Part shown: positions 51,846-62,313 of the stretch, one piece after another
Numbering within the stretch: position 1 is the stretch's first letter
Layout: each line of letters opens with the position of its first letter
Assembly (NCBI GenBank): GCA_049304275.1
Contig: JBAQNZ010000017.1
Location: forward strand, 11,890 to 75,889
DNA: 64,000 nucleotides
Direction: 5' to 3'
Source: Candidatus Microsaccharimonas sp.
GTDB taxonomy: Bacteria > Patescibacteriota > Saccharimonadia > Saccharimonadales > Saccharimonadaceae
The notes under the pieces: generated by a model
Database searches by the model: none
Seen by the model: only the letters and a program-made list of their open reading frames with translations
Told to the model about the DNA's origin: nothing
Made by a program: the position numbers and the translations under genes

Positions 51846-53783
51846 ATGCAGTACTACGAGGTCGCCCCTATTCGCATTATCCGCGCTGGCAGCGCTACCT
51901 TTACGTATAGTGCCGAGCAACCCATTCCTATTGGGACAATAGTCACCATTGAAATCGGGAAAAAACAACTGATTGGGGTGGTAATGAGCGAAGCATCACA
52001 GCCAATCTACGCCACAAAACCTATTACATCGATCATCGAAGACACACCCCTTCCAACAAATTTAATTCATTTAGCAACTTGGCTGGCCGAGTACTATCGC
52101 ACTCCCCTCGCGACTGTTTTTCAGACGATTCTTCCCCGTGGTATCGATAAAAAACGCCGTGAGCGACATATCACCAGCCACGAGTCAGTTCGAGATCGAA
52201 CACATATTGTGTTCAATAAAGAGCAGGCCAAAGCTATCAAAGAAATCATGGAAAGCAAGGGAACCAGCATCCTTCAGGGCGTCACCGGATCAGGCAAGAC
52301 CGAAGTATACAAGGAAGTCACCCGTCGAACCATAGCTACTGGTCAATCAGTGATTATCTTGGTTCCCGAGATCAGCTTAACCAGTCAAATTATTAGCGAA
52401 TTCTCGCACGACTTCCCCGACCTGATAGTAACCCACTCTCATATGACCGAGGCGCAGCGACATGCTGTTTGGAAACAAGCGTTGGAATCATCAACACCTA
52501 CGGTCGTGATTGGTCCGCGTTCAGCACTGTTCATGCCGGTGCCCCGATTGGGTGCCATTCTGATCGACGAAGCTCATGAACCAAGCTACAAGCAAGAGCA
52601 AGCCCCTCGCTACTCGGCGCTGCGTGCGGCGAGTGTACTGGGTAAATTCGCGGGTGCCAAGGTCGTATTCGGCAGCGCTACCCCTTCGATCGGTGACCGT
52701 TACTTAGCCGAAATAACCAAAAGTCCTATCATCCGTCTGGATTCGTCGGCACGTTCAAAGGCCCAAGCCGCGGTGGTAACCCTCGTCGATATGACCAAGC
52801 GCGAAAACTTCTCACATCATCGATTCATTTCGAACCAGTTATATGAAACTATCGCGAAAAACTTGGCAGCTGAAAAACAAACCCTTATTTTCCACAATCG
52901 CCGTGGAAGCGCCAGTACAACCTTGTGCGAACACTGTGGCTGGACCGCACTCTGTCCAAACTGTTTCGTCCCACTGATTCTTCATAGCGATTCGTATGAC
53001 CTGTCGTGTCATATTTGTGGCCACCACGAAAAAGTACCGACCGCCTGTCCGATATGCGCGTCGACCGACATTATTCATAAAGGGATCGGGACGAAATTAA
53101 TTGAAAGTGAGCTTCGAAAACTGTTTCCAAAAGCTAGAATCGCCCGGTTTGATTCTGACAACAAGGCCGACGAGACGGTAAATAGCCTGTACGAAGACTT
53201 ATATAAAGGCACTATCGACATTGCGATTGGCACGCAGGTCGTCGCCAAAGGCCTGGACTTACCAAAACTCCGCAGTGTTGGAGTGATTCAAGCCGACAGT
53301 GGCCTGTCACTTCCCGATTACGCCGCCAGCGAACGGACTTTCCAGTTACTTGCCCAAGTCGTCGGACGAGTCGGACGCGATGAACACGCCAGCGAAGTAA
53401 TTGTTCAATCATATCAACCAACCCACCCAATTATCACGTTCGGACTTAAACAAGATTACGAAGGGCTGTATACCTATTTGATTGAAGAACGTAAAAAAGC
53501 CTACTTCCCTCCCTTTACCTATTTATTAAAACTCACGACAATATATAAAACCGAACAAGCTGCGATTCGATCAGCCCAAGCGATGGCAAAAACACTCCGT
53601 GTCCAGATTCATCCCGATGTTCACCTGCTTGGCCCGACACCCGCCTTTTACGAACGAGTCCGAGATAGCTACCGCTGGCAGCTGGTATTAAAAAGTCCGA
53701 AGCGTGAGTATTTGATCGATGCATTGTTACATCTGCCCCCGACTCACTGGCAAAGTGAGCTTGATCCGGCTAGCCTCCTCTAA
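51846..53783 (+). CDS. priA: Primosomal protein N' (replication restart helicase PriA)
   Basis: Walker A GVTGSGKTEVY and DEAH-like IDEAHE. Cys-rich insert CEHCGWTALCPNC...CHICGH...CPICAS. The track start at 51771 is antisense to the neighbouring gene. Confidence 0.9.
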   Translation: MQYYEVAPIRIIRAGSATFTYSAEQPIPIGTIVTIEIGKKQLIGVVMSEASQPIYATKPITSIIEDTPLPTNLIHLATWLAEYYRTPLATVFQTILPRGIDKKRRERHITSHESVRDRTHIVFNKEQAKAIKEIMESKGTSILQGVTGSGKTEVYKEVTRRTIATGQSVIILVPEISLTSQIISEFSHDFPDLIVTHSHMTEAQRHAVWKQALESSTPTVVIGPRSALFMPVPRLGAILIDEAHEPSYKQEQAPRYSALRAASVLGKFAGAKVVFGSATPSIGDRYLAEITKSPIIRLDSSARSKAQAAVVTLVDMTKRENFSHHRFISNQLYETIAKNLAAEKQTLIFHNRRGSASTTLCEHCGWTALCPNCFVPLILHSDSYDLSCHICGHHEKVPTACPICASTDIIHKGIGTKLIESELRKLFPKARIARFDSDNKADETVNSLYEDLYKGTIDIAIGTQVVAKGLDLPKLRSVGVIQADSGLSLPDYAASERTFQLLAQVVGRVGRDEHASEVIVQSYQPTHPIITFGLKQDYEGLYTYLIEERKKAYFPPFTYLLKLTTIYKTEQAAIRSAQAMAKTLRVQIHPDVHLLGPTPAFYERVRDSYRWQLVLKSPKREYLIDALLHLPPTHWQSELDPASLL

Positions 53784-53790
53784 CGACCTC

Positions 53791-53799
53791 TGATATAAT
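53791..53799 (+). promoter_or_regulatory. Extended -10 box TGATATAAT, 7 nt upstream of the def ATG at 53807 (leaderless-type)
   Basis: Sequence tgatataat-ggcggaa-ATG. The ATG at 53798 overlaps the box itself. Confidence 0.5.
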
Positions 53800-53806
53800 G
53801 GCGGAA

Positions 53807-54382
53807 ATGACCAAAGACGACATTATCACCCTACCAAACCCCCACCTGCGCGAAACTTCGGCGAAAATTCGCGAGGTGACTGATGCTGTACGCAAGTTGA
53901 TCGACCAGATGACCGCAGCCGCCCTCGACTGGGAAGCTTCACGACCTCATGAAATTAGTGCTGCACTCGCGGCTATTCAATTGGATCACCTGGCACGTGT
54001 CGTTATTGTCCGAAGCGACTTTGATGAAAAAGAATCACGCGAATTCACTGCCCTCATTAACCCTGAAATTGTAAAATACGAAGGGACGATCATTGCTGAT
54101 TACGAGGGGTGCCTAAGCGTGAAAGATGTCTACGGTAAAGTGCCTCGGCACAGCAAAATCCGTGTCAAAGCTATGAATATCGACGGTCAAGAAGTCCGTT
54201 TCAAAGCCGAAGGTTTTCTTGCCCGAGTGATTCAGCATGAAATTGATCACACTAACGGCATTGTCTTTATTGACCATATCAAAGATAAGACCGATAGTTT
54301 CTATACACTAGACAAGGAAGGCGAGCTTCAACCCCTCGATTACGACAAACATGTCAAAAACAATCCTATTCTTTGGGACTGA
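53807..54382 (+). CDS. def: Peptide deformylase
   Basis: EGCLSV and QHEIDHTNG metal-binding motifs. Confidence 0.9.
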   Translation: MTKDDIITLPNPHLRETSAKIREVTDAVRKLIDQMTAAALDWEASRPHEISAALAAIQLDHLARVVIVRSDFDEKESREFTALINPEIVKYEGTIIADYEGCLSVKDVYGKVPRHSKIRVKAMNIDGQEVRFKAEGFLARVIQHEIDHTNGIVFIDHIKDKTDSFYTLDKEGELQPLDYDKHVKNNPILWD

Positions 54383-55235
54383 TGAATTCAGTGTTCCTGC
54401 CCTGCAAGCTTTAGTCGATGCTGATTATTCGATCGCCGCGGTTATTACCAAACCTGATAGTAAGCAAGGCCGAGGCCAACAACTCACCCAACCACTAGTA
54501 AAACAAATCGCCCTTGAGCGAGGTATCACTGTTTGGCAACCAACCAAACTGACCGACATCGCAGATGACATCAAGGCACTCGGCCCTATCGCTGGTGTGT
54601 TATCCAGTTATGGCAAAATCGTGCCGCAATCAATCATCGACCTCTTTACGCCGGGGATTATTAATATTCACCCGTCCCTCTTGCCAAAATACCGCGGACC
54701 GTCACCGGTAGAAACCGCTATTTTAAACGGCGACAGCGAAACAGGCGTGTCGATCATGAAATTATCGGCCGCAATGGATGCTGGACCCGTCTATACCCAA
54801 GAAAAATACCCTCTAAATGGTCGCGAGACTGCCCCAGAGCTTCGCAAGGCGCTATCACGAATGGGAAGTCGGCTGTTAATCGACGTGCTTCCAGCGATCT
54901 TAGACGGGTCCTCAGAGGGTATGTTACAAGACGAAAACAGCGCTTCCTACTGCCGTTTGCTGACAAAAGAAGATGCTTTTTTGGATCCTTCAAGTATGGG
55001 CGCCGCAGAAGCCGAACGTCAGGTTCGCGCCTATCTCAGCTTTCCGCGAACAAAAATGACACTTCTCGGTCAAAGTGTCATTGTGACAAAAACTCATGTG
55101 TCAGAGGTGCCAACCTCCCAACTGGATCAGCGAGCTAAAGACGGCAATTTCCTCATCATCGATGAGTTGATCGGGCCATCAGGCCGTCAGATGGATGCTG
55201 CAAGTTTCCTGAACGGTTACGCAGCTGGGGCTTGA
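54351..55235 (+). CDS. fmt: Methionyl-tRNA formyltransferase
   Basis: ILFFGTDEFSVPAL N-terminus and the INIHPSLLPKYRGPSP motif. Follows def. Confidence 0.9.
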   Translation: MSKTILFFGTDEFSVPALQALVDADYSIAAVITKPDSKQGRGQQLTQPLVKQIALERGITVWQPTKLTDIADDIKALGPIAGVLSSYGKIVPQSIIDLFTPGIINIHPSLLPKYRGPSPVETAILNGDSETGVSIMKLSAAMDAGPVYTQEKYPLNGRETAPELRKALSRMGSRLLIDVLPAILDGSSEGMLQDENSASYCRLLTKEDAFLDPSSMGAAEAERQVRAYLSFPRTKMTLLGQSVIVTKTHVSEVPTSQLDQRAKDGNFLIIDELIGPSGRQMDAASFLNGYAAGA

Positions 55236-55660
55236 GGGGCTGGACCACCCAAAATCGCGTCTTTATTCGCCATGATTTCTTTTTTAATTTCTTCAAGGGT
55301 CCGCGCTACGACGTCACGGTAATCTGGTCGATTCACTTCTAGCCATTTCGTTGCCGCGTATTCAGCCCGTAGGCCTGGATCGTCAACGGCCATACCACTG
55401 GCCTGTTGCAAGCGCTGAAAAATTTGCTCTTCCCTATAATTAGGGGCGTGGGTCGCTAACCAAGGGGTGATAATCTCGTCCTTGCGGTCAATAATGCCTT
55501 CAAATTCATCAAGCTGGGCTTCGGTCATCCCCTCGCTCAATCGAACACCGACTGTCTCTTCCAATCGGGTATACGTATACTGTAAAAATGGTTTACGTTG
55601 GTCTTCGGGCATTTCCCCCAAGCCGACGTCGATAAGAAATTGATCGTCTAATTGAAACAT
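55217..55660 (-). CDS. Helical hypothetical protein (147 aa); paralog of 60088-60408
   Basis: It starts MFQLDDQF and contains MTEAQLDEFEGII. Compare MDQLDAF and LTDEQLDEFNEHM in the other copy. Confidence 0.5.
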   Translation of the reverse strand: MFQLDDQFLIDVGLGEMPEDQRKPFLQYTYTRLEETVGVRLSEGMTEAQLDEFEGIIDRKDEIITPWLATHAPNYREEQIFQRLQQASGMAVDDPGLRAEYAATKWLEVNRPDYRDVVARTLEEIKKEIMANKDAILGGPAPQAPAA

Positions 55661-55696
55661 GCTGTTCTCCTAGACCTATTCTATCAGATGAAGAGG

Positions 55697-55975
55697 CTAA
55701 TTTGAATTCGACTGATCGTCTTGTTGTTCTTGAGGCTGATCGAGTTCGATTTCAATCTCATCAAGCAGTGACATCATCGCTTCGAGGCGTTCGCCTGAAT
55801 CCTCGATTGCGGTAGCGCTATCATAGGCTTTTTGATACATTGCTTGGTCAGCGTTTCCTGACTGGATTAAACGAAGAATAAGGGAGAATTTATCAGAACC
55901 AGTATCGGCTCCATCAATAATAAGGGGAACGACGTCGCCCAATATTTTCTGGCGCAGTGCCTCTAACTCTTCCAT
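55697..55975 (-). CDS. Small acidic hypothetical protein (92 aa)
   Basis: ORF directly downstream of the 1350-aa gene. Helical and acidic, with a Q/D-rich tail. Confidence 0.45.
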   Translation of the reverse strand: MEELEALRQKILGDVVPLIIDGADTGSDKFSLILRLIQSGNADQAMYQKAYDSATAIEDSGERLEAMMSLLDEIEIELDQPQEQQDDQSNSN

Positions 55976-56029
55976 GATCTATACCCTCCCGTTTTAACTT
56001 TCATTATTGTATCATATTGCTCGCGGTTA

Positions 56030-59000
56030 TTATTGAACGAACCGTGGTTGAGTCGATACAGCCTGACGCTTCTCGGTGTTCTCACTGTAAAGTTGGCGCC
56101 TTACACGAGAACCGATGTGATCAAATTGACCATTATTACCACGTCGCAAGCGATTCGCAACCCATTCGGCACCCTTCGGACTAAACGTGAACGTTGCTTG
56201 GCCACCAGCCCTACTCATTCGATAGGTCGGTTCACCATCAATTTCAATTGGCAACATCATGGCAAGTGCACTACGGACCAAGGCTGAGTCAATCGAGTTA
56301 CCGTGCCAACGACGGAGCATTGAACTAATATTTTTTTCAATTCGTTCGATAACAACACCCTTGTCATCGTTATGGAGACTTTCATTGTGCACACCGACAC
56401 CTGCAAGACCAGACGCCCTGTCGCTGTAGCCACCCGCATCAAAACGCGACCATGTATCGCCAATGTCGTCGTTAAGGTAAGCAGCTTCAAGGCGATCACC
56501 CTTACTATCAATACCCGCACCAGAAACGAGGCGATGGAATTTATGAGGAGTCGATGAGTCACCTGCTGACGTGTAACTCGTCCTTCTTTGGCGACGACGT
56601 GCATAACGACGACTAGTGCCGTAACTTCCACGGCGAGCGTCTCCTACCCTTCCACCAATTGTTAGGTCGTCAGAACCTGCACCAGTGTCTCGCGGATCAT
56701 GACCAGCACCACCCACAGCAGCAAAGGCGGCCATTTTCACGGCGGCATTAATACCTACCGTTTGTGGTGCACCTTCTGAACCGCTTCGGTGAGAAGCAAT
56801 TTGAATGACTTCCTTAAAATTAGCAACGAAGGCAAAGCCGGGGAGATCTTTATGACGGTCGGTATCCCAACGAATCGCACCAGTAAAGACATCATTTTCA
56901 GGATGTTCTTCAGCGGTTTGAATCATACGCTGCAGGTAACGACGGTCCATACCTTGCGCATCAGCATCATTACGAATCATCAAGACATCTCGATCGCTTG
57001 GAATAATACCCCGACGCATTTGATCTTGAACACTCAACATCGCTGTGTCATACAGTTTACGCGTGACATGACCAATTAATCCGTTTCCGTAACCACCACT
57101 ATCAAGCCGCGTCTGGCTCCAAACCGTTTGAATTGTAGCAATGCTCAGACCAGGGAAGTCAGCTTGGGCACGAGCAATCTCGGCCCGAGTCCTTGCAATT
57201 GCCGCTGACTTCACAGGATCAGATTCAGCACTATCTACCCAGTTAACATGAAGGAGTATCTTTGTTTGACTCTGCGTATCAGGATCTTGTTGACCATACA
57301 TTGAAAGAGTCTTGTATATGTTCTCTGGCTCTCCTACCGCACTTACCGGTATAACCACCATGGCCTTTAGTTCAGGATTAGGAGCTTGGAGTTCAGGACT
57401 CGAAGCGATAGCTTCATTAATCTCATTAACATATTCTCGACCAGCAACATCAGCAAGTTTGCCACGATACCAATCGAGTTCTTGTTTCGGATTCAAACGA
57501 GCTTCAGGATCATCCAGAAGTCGAGGCGACGTTTCGCGACGACGTTGTTCAATTTCACGCGGCGTAAGGTATTCTGACTCTCCATAGTAGTATCCTCTTC
57601 GACGGCTACGGACTGATTCAAGTGATCGACGTGAATCAATCGGAATGACTGGTGCAGCTTCAGTGAAGTTTTCAACCGTGGTGTTATAGCCATCAGTTGT
57701 GACGGTATACATCGCATGGTGTTCAGTAACCGTTGTCGTCACCGTATCGGTGATCGGCCCTGCTTCACCATCGCCTACCATTGTCGCCAGTGGGCGTATA
57801 TGAACGGTTCCGTCAGTATCGACGCTAGTGGTCTGAACCACTTCACCGTATTGGCCATGGAAGACAACTTCGTTATTTTCATTCGAGAAGAAGTGCCCAG
57901 CTGGACTATCTTCGGGAATATTAATCGCCCCATCAGGTCCGATAGGAATCATAAAGACATGTTCTTGGGTATCGACTGTTGCAGATACAGCGAAGAATAA
58001 ATTGCCACTAGCTGCGGCTTGGTTCCAGTCAACTTGTTCACCACCCTGCCATGAGCCATCAGGATGCATACCAGCCGTCGTATATTGGAAGCCACCAGGA
58101 ATGATACCAGGAGCCTCGGCCGCACCACCACGATAGACGCGAAGCTCGTTTTGGTCATAGACCCCAGGGGTATCGTTACCGTACCACAGGTCACGTTGGA
58201 CCGTCGTTGCCTCGGCCATGTGATTTTCGACGAATCCATGCGCATCCACCACTTCTGTCGTCGTCACGGTGACGTCTTGATCAAACGAGTGATCCTCAAC
58301 TGCCATACCGACAGCTTCAAGTTGATCAATCGAAGTATCAGGGAAACTCCCGTCTTCATTGATAGCTAAGTTTTCAACCGTCGCGTGACCGTTACCATCA
58401 ACAAAGTTAACGGTACCATCACCATTCTCAATTAACTCGTGATCATTCGAGAGTAAGATCTGGCCATTGCCACTTTCGGCAGTCGTGTATGAATCAAACG
58501 TATTTGATGCATCAGTGTGAATAATACGATCATCGCCTTCAACGAATCCCTCGAGTAAGGTTTGGTGCTGTAGACCATCGGCAGAAATTTCATTGTGTGC
58601 GCCCCAAGCTTGTTCAAACAAACCAGCCCGAGCCGGATCAAGCGCAGCTATTCCCTCTTGGACTATCAGTCCACCAGCAAGTCCGGTTGCAACACCAACA
58701 GCCGCAGCTTTGGCAACGCGACGGGCTTTGAGGATCTTGAACGCTTTATCTTTGGCAGATATGTCTTCGTTCAATAGTTCAAGATAAGTAGTGGATTGTT
58801 CATCTACTAATTCTGCCACGGACGCATCCGGATCAAGTCCAAGTTCACGCCGAGCATCCTCATTCAAGCGAGATTCAAGGGCAACGCGCACTTCAGCCCG
58901 AGCAAGGTCCAGCCCCATACGCTCATCACCGATTGCCGCAGCATTTGAATAACTAATGAGGTCAATGTTTTCACGGTTCGAGAGGTCAATACGTGATTGA

Positions 59001-60082
59001 ACTTGGGCAAGTGCATCAAGTGCAGCGCGTACGGCGTCGTTGCCCTGATCCATCGTTTCAGGGTTACCAGCTGCACGAATAAAGTCAGTGAGATCTTGAG
59101 CGCTTCGTGATTCGTAGCGTGTTTGTTCCATCTGTTCACGACGAGCATCACCTGGACGAAATTCTTTGCCTTGGGCCATTTCGCGCGAGTGCTGACCTCG
59201 TTCGTCTTTAACCCGTTTGTTCTCGCGGATACCTGCCCATACACCAGCACCAACACCAGGTGCAACTGTTTTTAGTACCGCACCCGTCACTGACCGGCTT
59301 CCCCATCCAGCAACGGTCGCCGCGGTCGTCGCGATCGCTGTAACTGCTTCCGGCCCAAGTAGTGAGCCAAGGCGAGTTTTAGAAATCTTATCGATCGCCT
59401 TGTCTACCATGTTGTAGCGAGCTTCGGTACGTGCATTATTGCGCGCCTCACCGGTCACTACTTGCATGTTCGCCAGCACATGATCAAGGCTCTCGCCGTG
59501 TTCAACCGCCCCGCGTACCGCTTGGGCAACTTGCATCATATTGGAGGTCGTAACCAGTCCTTCACCAAAGGCATCTTCACCATGGGTTTCGCGGTAGGCC
59601 TGCATAAAGCGAGTCTGCTCTTCACGGAGGGTGACATCATTCAGTTCACCCGAGGCATATCGTCGCAGTAATTGCTTGAATCCAGTACTAACTTCAGTAT
59701 CTTGTTCGTGAACCTCGCGACGCTCACCAGCATCCTCATGAATTACCTCGTCGTATTCAGAACTAAACCGTTCAAACGTCGATTCCATGGCACGGGTTCG
59801 TTCGGCCTGTGTCAGGCCTTGCTCATGCATTAATACGTTTTGCGATTCTTCGATCGATTCGCGCGCTTGCCTGGTATAACTTTGACGATAAAACTCTCTG
59901 GCAATGTTACCCTTCCAGATACCATTAACAAAACGTTTGAAACGTCCGCCCTGCTCAAGTTCTTCACTTAGTCGCGTATCAGCGCGATCACGAGCAGCAT
60001 CATGCGCATCTCGAGATTGGTCGACAAGAACCAGCTTTAGTGGCTCGGTTGTTTCGGTCGACGGAGGAGCTGCCTCTGACAT
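56030..60082 (-). CDS. Giant (1350 aa) multidomain protein: charged helical N-region, Gly/Ala-rich hydrophobic segments, Thr/Asp/Gly-rich beta-like middle, C-terminal GT-A-like domain
   Basis: Uninterrupted 4053-nt ORF. Hydrophobic segments AVTAIATTAATVAGWG...GAVLKTVAPGVGAGVWAGI and AAAVGVATGLAGGLIV. The C-terminal block MVVIPVSAVGEPENIYKTLSMY...RNDADA...GAGSDDLTIGGR is GT2-like (beta1, DxD-like, ED-like). Confidence 0.7.
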   Translation of the reverse strand: MSEAAPPSTETTEPLKLVLVDQSRDAHDAARDRADTRLSEELEQGGRFKRFVNGIWKGNIAREFYRQSYTRQARESIEESQNVLMHEQGLTQAERTRAMESTFERFSSEYDEVIHEDAGERREVHEQDTEVSTGFKQLLRRYASGELNDVTLREEQTRFMQAYRETHGEDAFGEGLVTTSNMMQVAQAVRGAVEHGESLDHVLANMQVVTGEARNNARTEARYNMVDKAIDKISKTRLGSLLGPEAVTAIATTAATVAGWGSRSVTGAVLKTVAPGVGAGVWAGIRENKRVKDERGQHSREMAQGKEFRPGDARREQMEQTRYESRSAQDLTDFIRAAGNPETMDQGNDAVRAALDALAQVQSRIDLSNRENIDLISYSNAAAIGDERMGLDLARAEVRVALESRLNEDARRELGLDPDASVAELVDEQSTTYLELLNEDISAKDKAFKILKARRVAKAAAVGVATGLAGGLIVQEGIAALDPARAGLFEQAWGAHNEISADGLQHQTLLEGFVEGDDRIIHTDASNTFDSYTTAESGNGQILLSNDHELIENGDGTVNFVDGNGHATVENLAINEDGSFPDTSIDQLEAVGMAVEDHSFDQDVTVTTTEVVDAHGFVENHMAEATTVQRDLWYGNDTPGVYDQNELRVYRGGAAEAPGIIPGGFQYTTAGMHPDGSWQGGEQVDWNQAAASGNLFFAVSATVDTQEHVFMIPIGPDGAINIPEDSPAGHFFSNENNEVVFHGQYGEVVQTTSVDTDGTVHIRPLATMVGDGEAGPITDTVTTTVTEHHAMYTVTTDGYNTTVENFTEAAPVIPIDSRRSLESVRSRRRGYYYGESEYLTPREIEQRRRETSPRLLDDPEARLNPKQELDWYRGKLADVAGREYVNEINEAIASSPELQAPNPELKAMVVIPVSAVGEPENIYKTLSMYGQQDPDTQSQTKILLHVNWVDSAESDPVKSAAIARTRAEIARAQADFPGLSIATIQTVWSQTRLDSGGYGNGLIGHVTRKLYDTAMLSVQDQMRRGIIPSDRDVLMIRNDADAQGMDRRYLQRMIQTAEEHPENDVFTGAIRWDTDRHKDLPGFAFVANFKEVIQIASHRSGSEGAPQTVGINAAVKMAAFAAVGGAGHDPRDTGAGSDDLTIGGRVGDARRGSYGTSRRYARRRQRRTSYTSAGDSSTPHKFHRLVSGAGIDSKGDRLEAAYLNDDIGDTWSRFDAGGYSDRASGLAGVGVHNESLHNDDKGVVIERIEKNISSMLRRWHGNSIDSALVRSALAMMLPIEIDGEPTYRMSRAGGQATFTFSPKGAEWVANRLRRGNNGQFDHIGSRVRRQLYSENTEKRQAVSTQPRFVQ

Positions 60083-60087
60083 CGTAT

Positions 60088-60408
60088 TTAGGCCTCTTCA
60101 CGCTCCTGCGCGGGTTGCAGATACAAGTCACGGAATTTCAACATCGCTTTGGCAGTTACCCGTTCGATATCGACACCATGTTCAACCAGAAACTTTTCTG
60201 GGGCGTCGTCAGGTAAGTCAGGCTGGTCCATATGCTCATTGAACTCGTCGAGTTGCTCATCGGTAAGTTCTTCAAGGAGAGCTCGGTCGACTTGATCGAG
60301 TAACTGCTTGCGCAAGTCCTCAAGAAGACTGGCTTTGACTTCGTCGTTGATGCCAGACAGTTGTTTTGCATCGATAATCTCGGTGATAAAGGCGTCGAGC
60401 TGATCCAT
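60088..60408 (-). CDS. Helical hypothetical protein (106 aa); paralog of 55217-55660; translationally coupled to the giant gene
   Basis: The ATG at 60408 has AGGA 9 nt upstream. Its TAA stop lies 5 nt before the ATG of the 1350-aa gene. Confidence 0.5.
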   Translation of the reverse strand: MDQLDAFITEIIDAKQLSGINDEVKASLLEDLRKQLLDQVDRALLEELTDEQLDEFNEHMDQPDLPDDAPEKFLVEHGVDIERVTAKAMLKFRDLYLQPAQEREEA

Positions 60409-60493
60409 ATGTTTTATCCTGCTTTTGTTTATTTCATATAATGCTGGTGTCATTATAGTATTGCTTAAAAACAATTACAACGTTTTTTTAAGA

Positions 60494-62266
60494 TTACGAG
60501 AGGGTACGTACGACGACTTCACGAGTGAAGCACGACAGTATGTCACCCTCTTCCAATAAAAGTTTCTTGTGAGTTTTCAGATTCACTCCACACATATCGC
60601 CTTCAAAGACTTCCTTGGCCTCAATTTTCTCACGTTGGACACTGGTCAGTTCGGCTTCACCAATAACTTCATCGCCGCGTTTTACTCGAACTAATAGCCC
60701 GCTTGTCAATTTACCACTCTTGACTTCGCCACCAGCAATAACTTGGTCTTTTAAGGTTCGGAAAATACCCTTAATTTGCAGGGTCCCAATTTCAGTTTCA
60801 ACCACTTCAGGGGCAAGTAGTTTTTCCATTGAGTTCTTTGCGTCATCAAGAAGTTCGTAAATGACTCGATATAAACGGACTTCAGCCCGTTCGCGGGTCG
60901 CCAGGCGCTTTACCGCAGGGGGAAGATCAACGTTAAATCCGTAAATAACGGTTTTACCATCTGCCGCCAAGCGGACATCGTTTTCGGTGATATTTCCAAC
61001 ACCACTACTAAGGATGTGGAGTGCTACTTCACCACCCGTTTCAATCAATTTCAAGCTATCTAGGACAGAGGTCAGTGAACCTTGAACGTCGGCTTTGACG
61101 ATCACATTAAAGTCTTCACTCTCGTGTTGTTGGGTCATCAGTTTGAGAAGGTCAGCACTGGTCGTATTACTACTGGCGACGTTTCGTTCGTTTTCGATAC
61201 GAGCCGTAGCCACACGAGCTCGGGCTTCCTTTTCAGTCGGAACCATTTCAAAATAATCACCAAACTGTGGCAATTCTTTAAATCCAGTAATTGTTACAGG
61301 AGTTGATGGACCGGCTTGTTTGATTGGCTTGCCAGTGAAATCAAGCATGGTGCGAACTTTTGCGTAGGCGGTTCCCGCAACGAGGAATGAACTTGGCTTT
61401 AAGGTGCCTTGTTCAACCAAAAGTCCCACAACAGCCCCACGACCAACTTCCATGTGCGACTCAATCACCAACCCTTCGGCCGGGATCGCTTCGTCTGCTT
61501 TTAGTTCCTCAAGGTCAGCGACCAGTAGGACCATGTCCAGCAGTGTGTCGATACCCTGTCCGGTCTTAGCACTAACTTCCACCATGACGGTGTCGCCACC
61601 CCATTCTTCTGGATTCAAATTGTGTTCAGTTGCCAGTTGAGTTTTAACCAGTTGAGCATTGGCGGTTTCTTTATCAATTTTGTTAATAGCCACGACGATT
61701 TTGGCGTTAGCCGAACGAGCAAAGCGAATCGCTTCGATCGTTTGTGGCTTGACGCCGTCGTCAGCGGCAACAACAATAATGACAACGTCGGTCAGCGCGG
61801 CACCGTGTTGGCGGAGGGCAGCAAATGCCTCGTGACCAGGAGTGTCCAGTAATGTAATCGAACGACCCTTGCGAACCGTCTGATACGCGCTAATGTGCTG
61901 GGTAATACCGCCGGCTTCACCGTCGACCACTTTTTGTTCCAAAATAGCATCCAGCAAGCTGGTTTTACCGTGGTCGACGTGACCCATGACCGCCACGATT
62001 GGTGCGCGGTCAACGGCTTTGTCTGATAGTTCATGAACGCGTCGTTCGCTGACTTCCGAACCATTTTCCTTTTTCTGTAACTCAACGTCCAGGCCAAGTT
62101 CTTCAACGATAATCGTCGCGGTCTCAAAGTCGATACGCTGATTAATCGTTGCGGCAATACCGTTCTTAAATAGCTCTCCGACAAGTGTTGTGACGGAAAG
62201 ATTTAGCGCTTCGGCTAGTTCACCCACAGTGATCGAGTCAGCAATGGTCAGTACTTTTTCAGCCAT
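60494..62266 (-). CDS. infB: Translation initiation factor IF-2 (short N-terminal region)
   Basis: G-domain [24 protein letters not shown] and NKID. 590 aa. Confidence 0.95.
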   Translation of the reverse strand: MAEKVLTIADSITVGELAEALNLSVTTLVGELFKNGIAATINQRIDFETATIIVEELGLDVELQKKENGSEVSERRVHELSDKAVDRAPIVAVMGHVDHGKTSLLDAILEQKVVDGEAGGITQHISAYQTVRKGRSITLLDTPGHEAFAALRQHGAALTDVVIIVVAADDGVKPQTIEAIRFARSANAKIVVAINKIDKETANAQLVKTQLATEHNLNPEEWGGDTVMVEVSAKTGQGIDTLLDMVLLVADLEELKADEAIPAEGLVIESHMEVGRGAVVGLLVEQGTLKPSSFLVAGTAYAKVRTMLDFTGKPIKQAGPSTPVTITGFKELPQFGDYFEMVPTEKEARARVATARIENERNVASSNTTSADLLKLMTQQHESEDFNVIVKADVQGSLTSVLDSLKLIETGGEVALHILSSGVGNITENDVRLAADGKTVIYGFNVDLPPAVKRLATRERAEVRLYRVIYELLDDAKNSMEKLLAPEVVETEIGTLQIKGIFRTLKDQVIAGGEVKSGKLTSGLLVRVKRGDEVIGEAELTSVQREKIEAKEVFEGDMCGVNLKTHKKLLLEEGDILSCFTREVVVRTLS

Positions 62267-62313
62267 AATGAAGCGCTCCTTTCTTTCCTTACATAGGATT
62301 ATGTACGGGTTGG

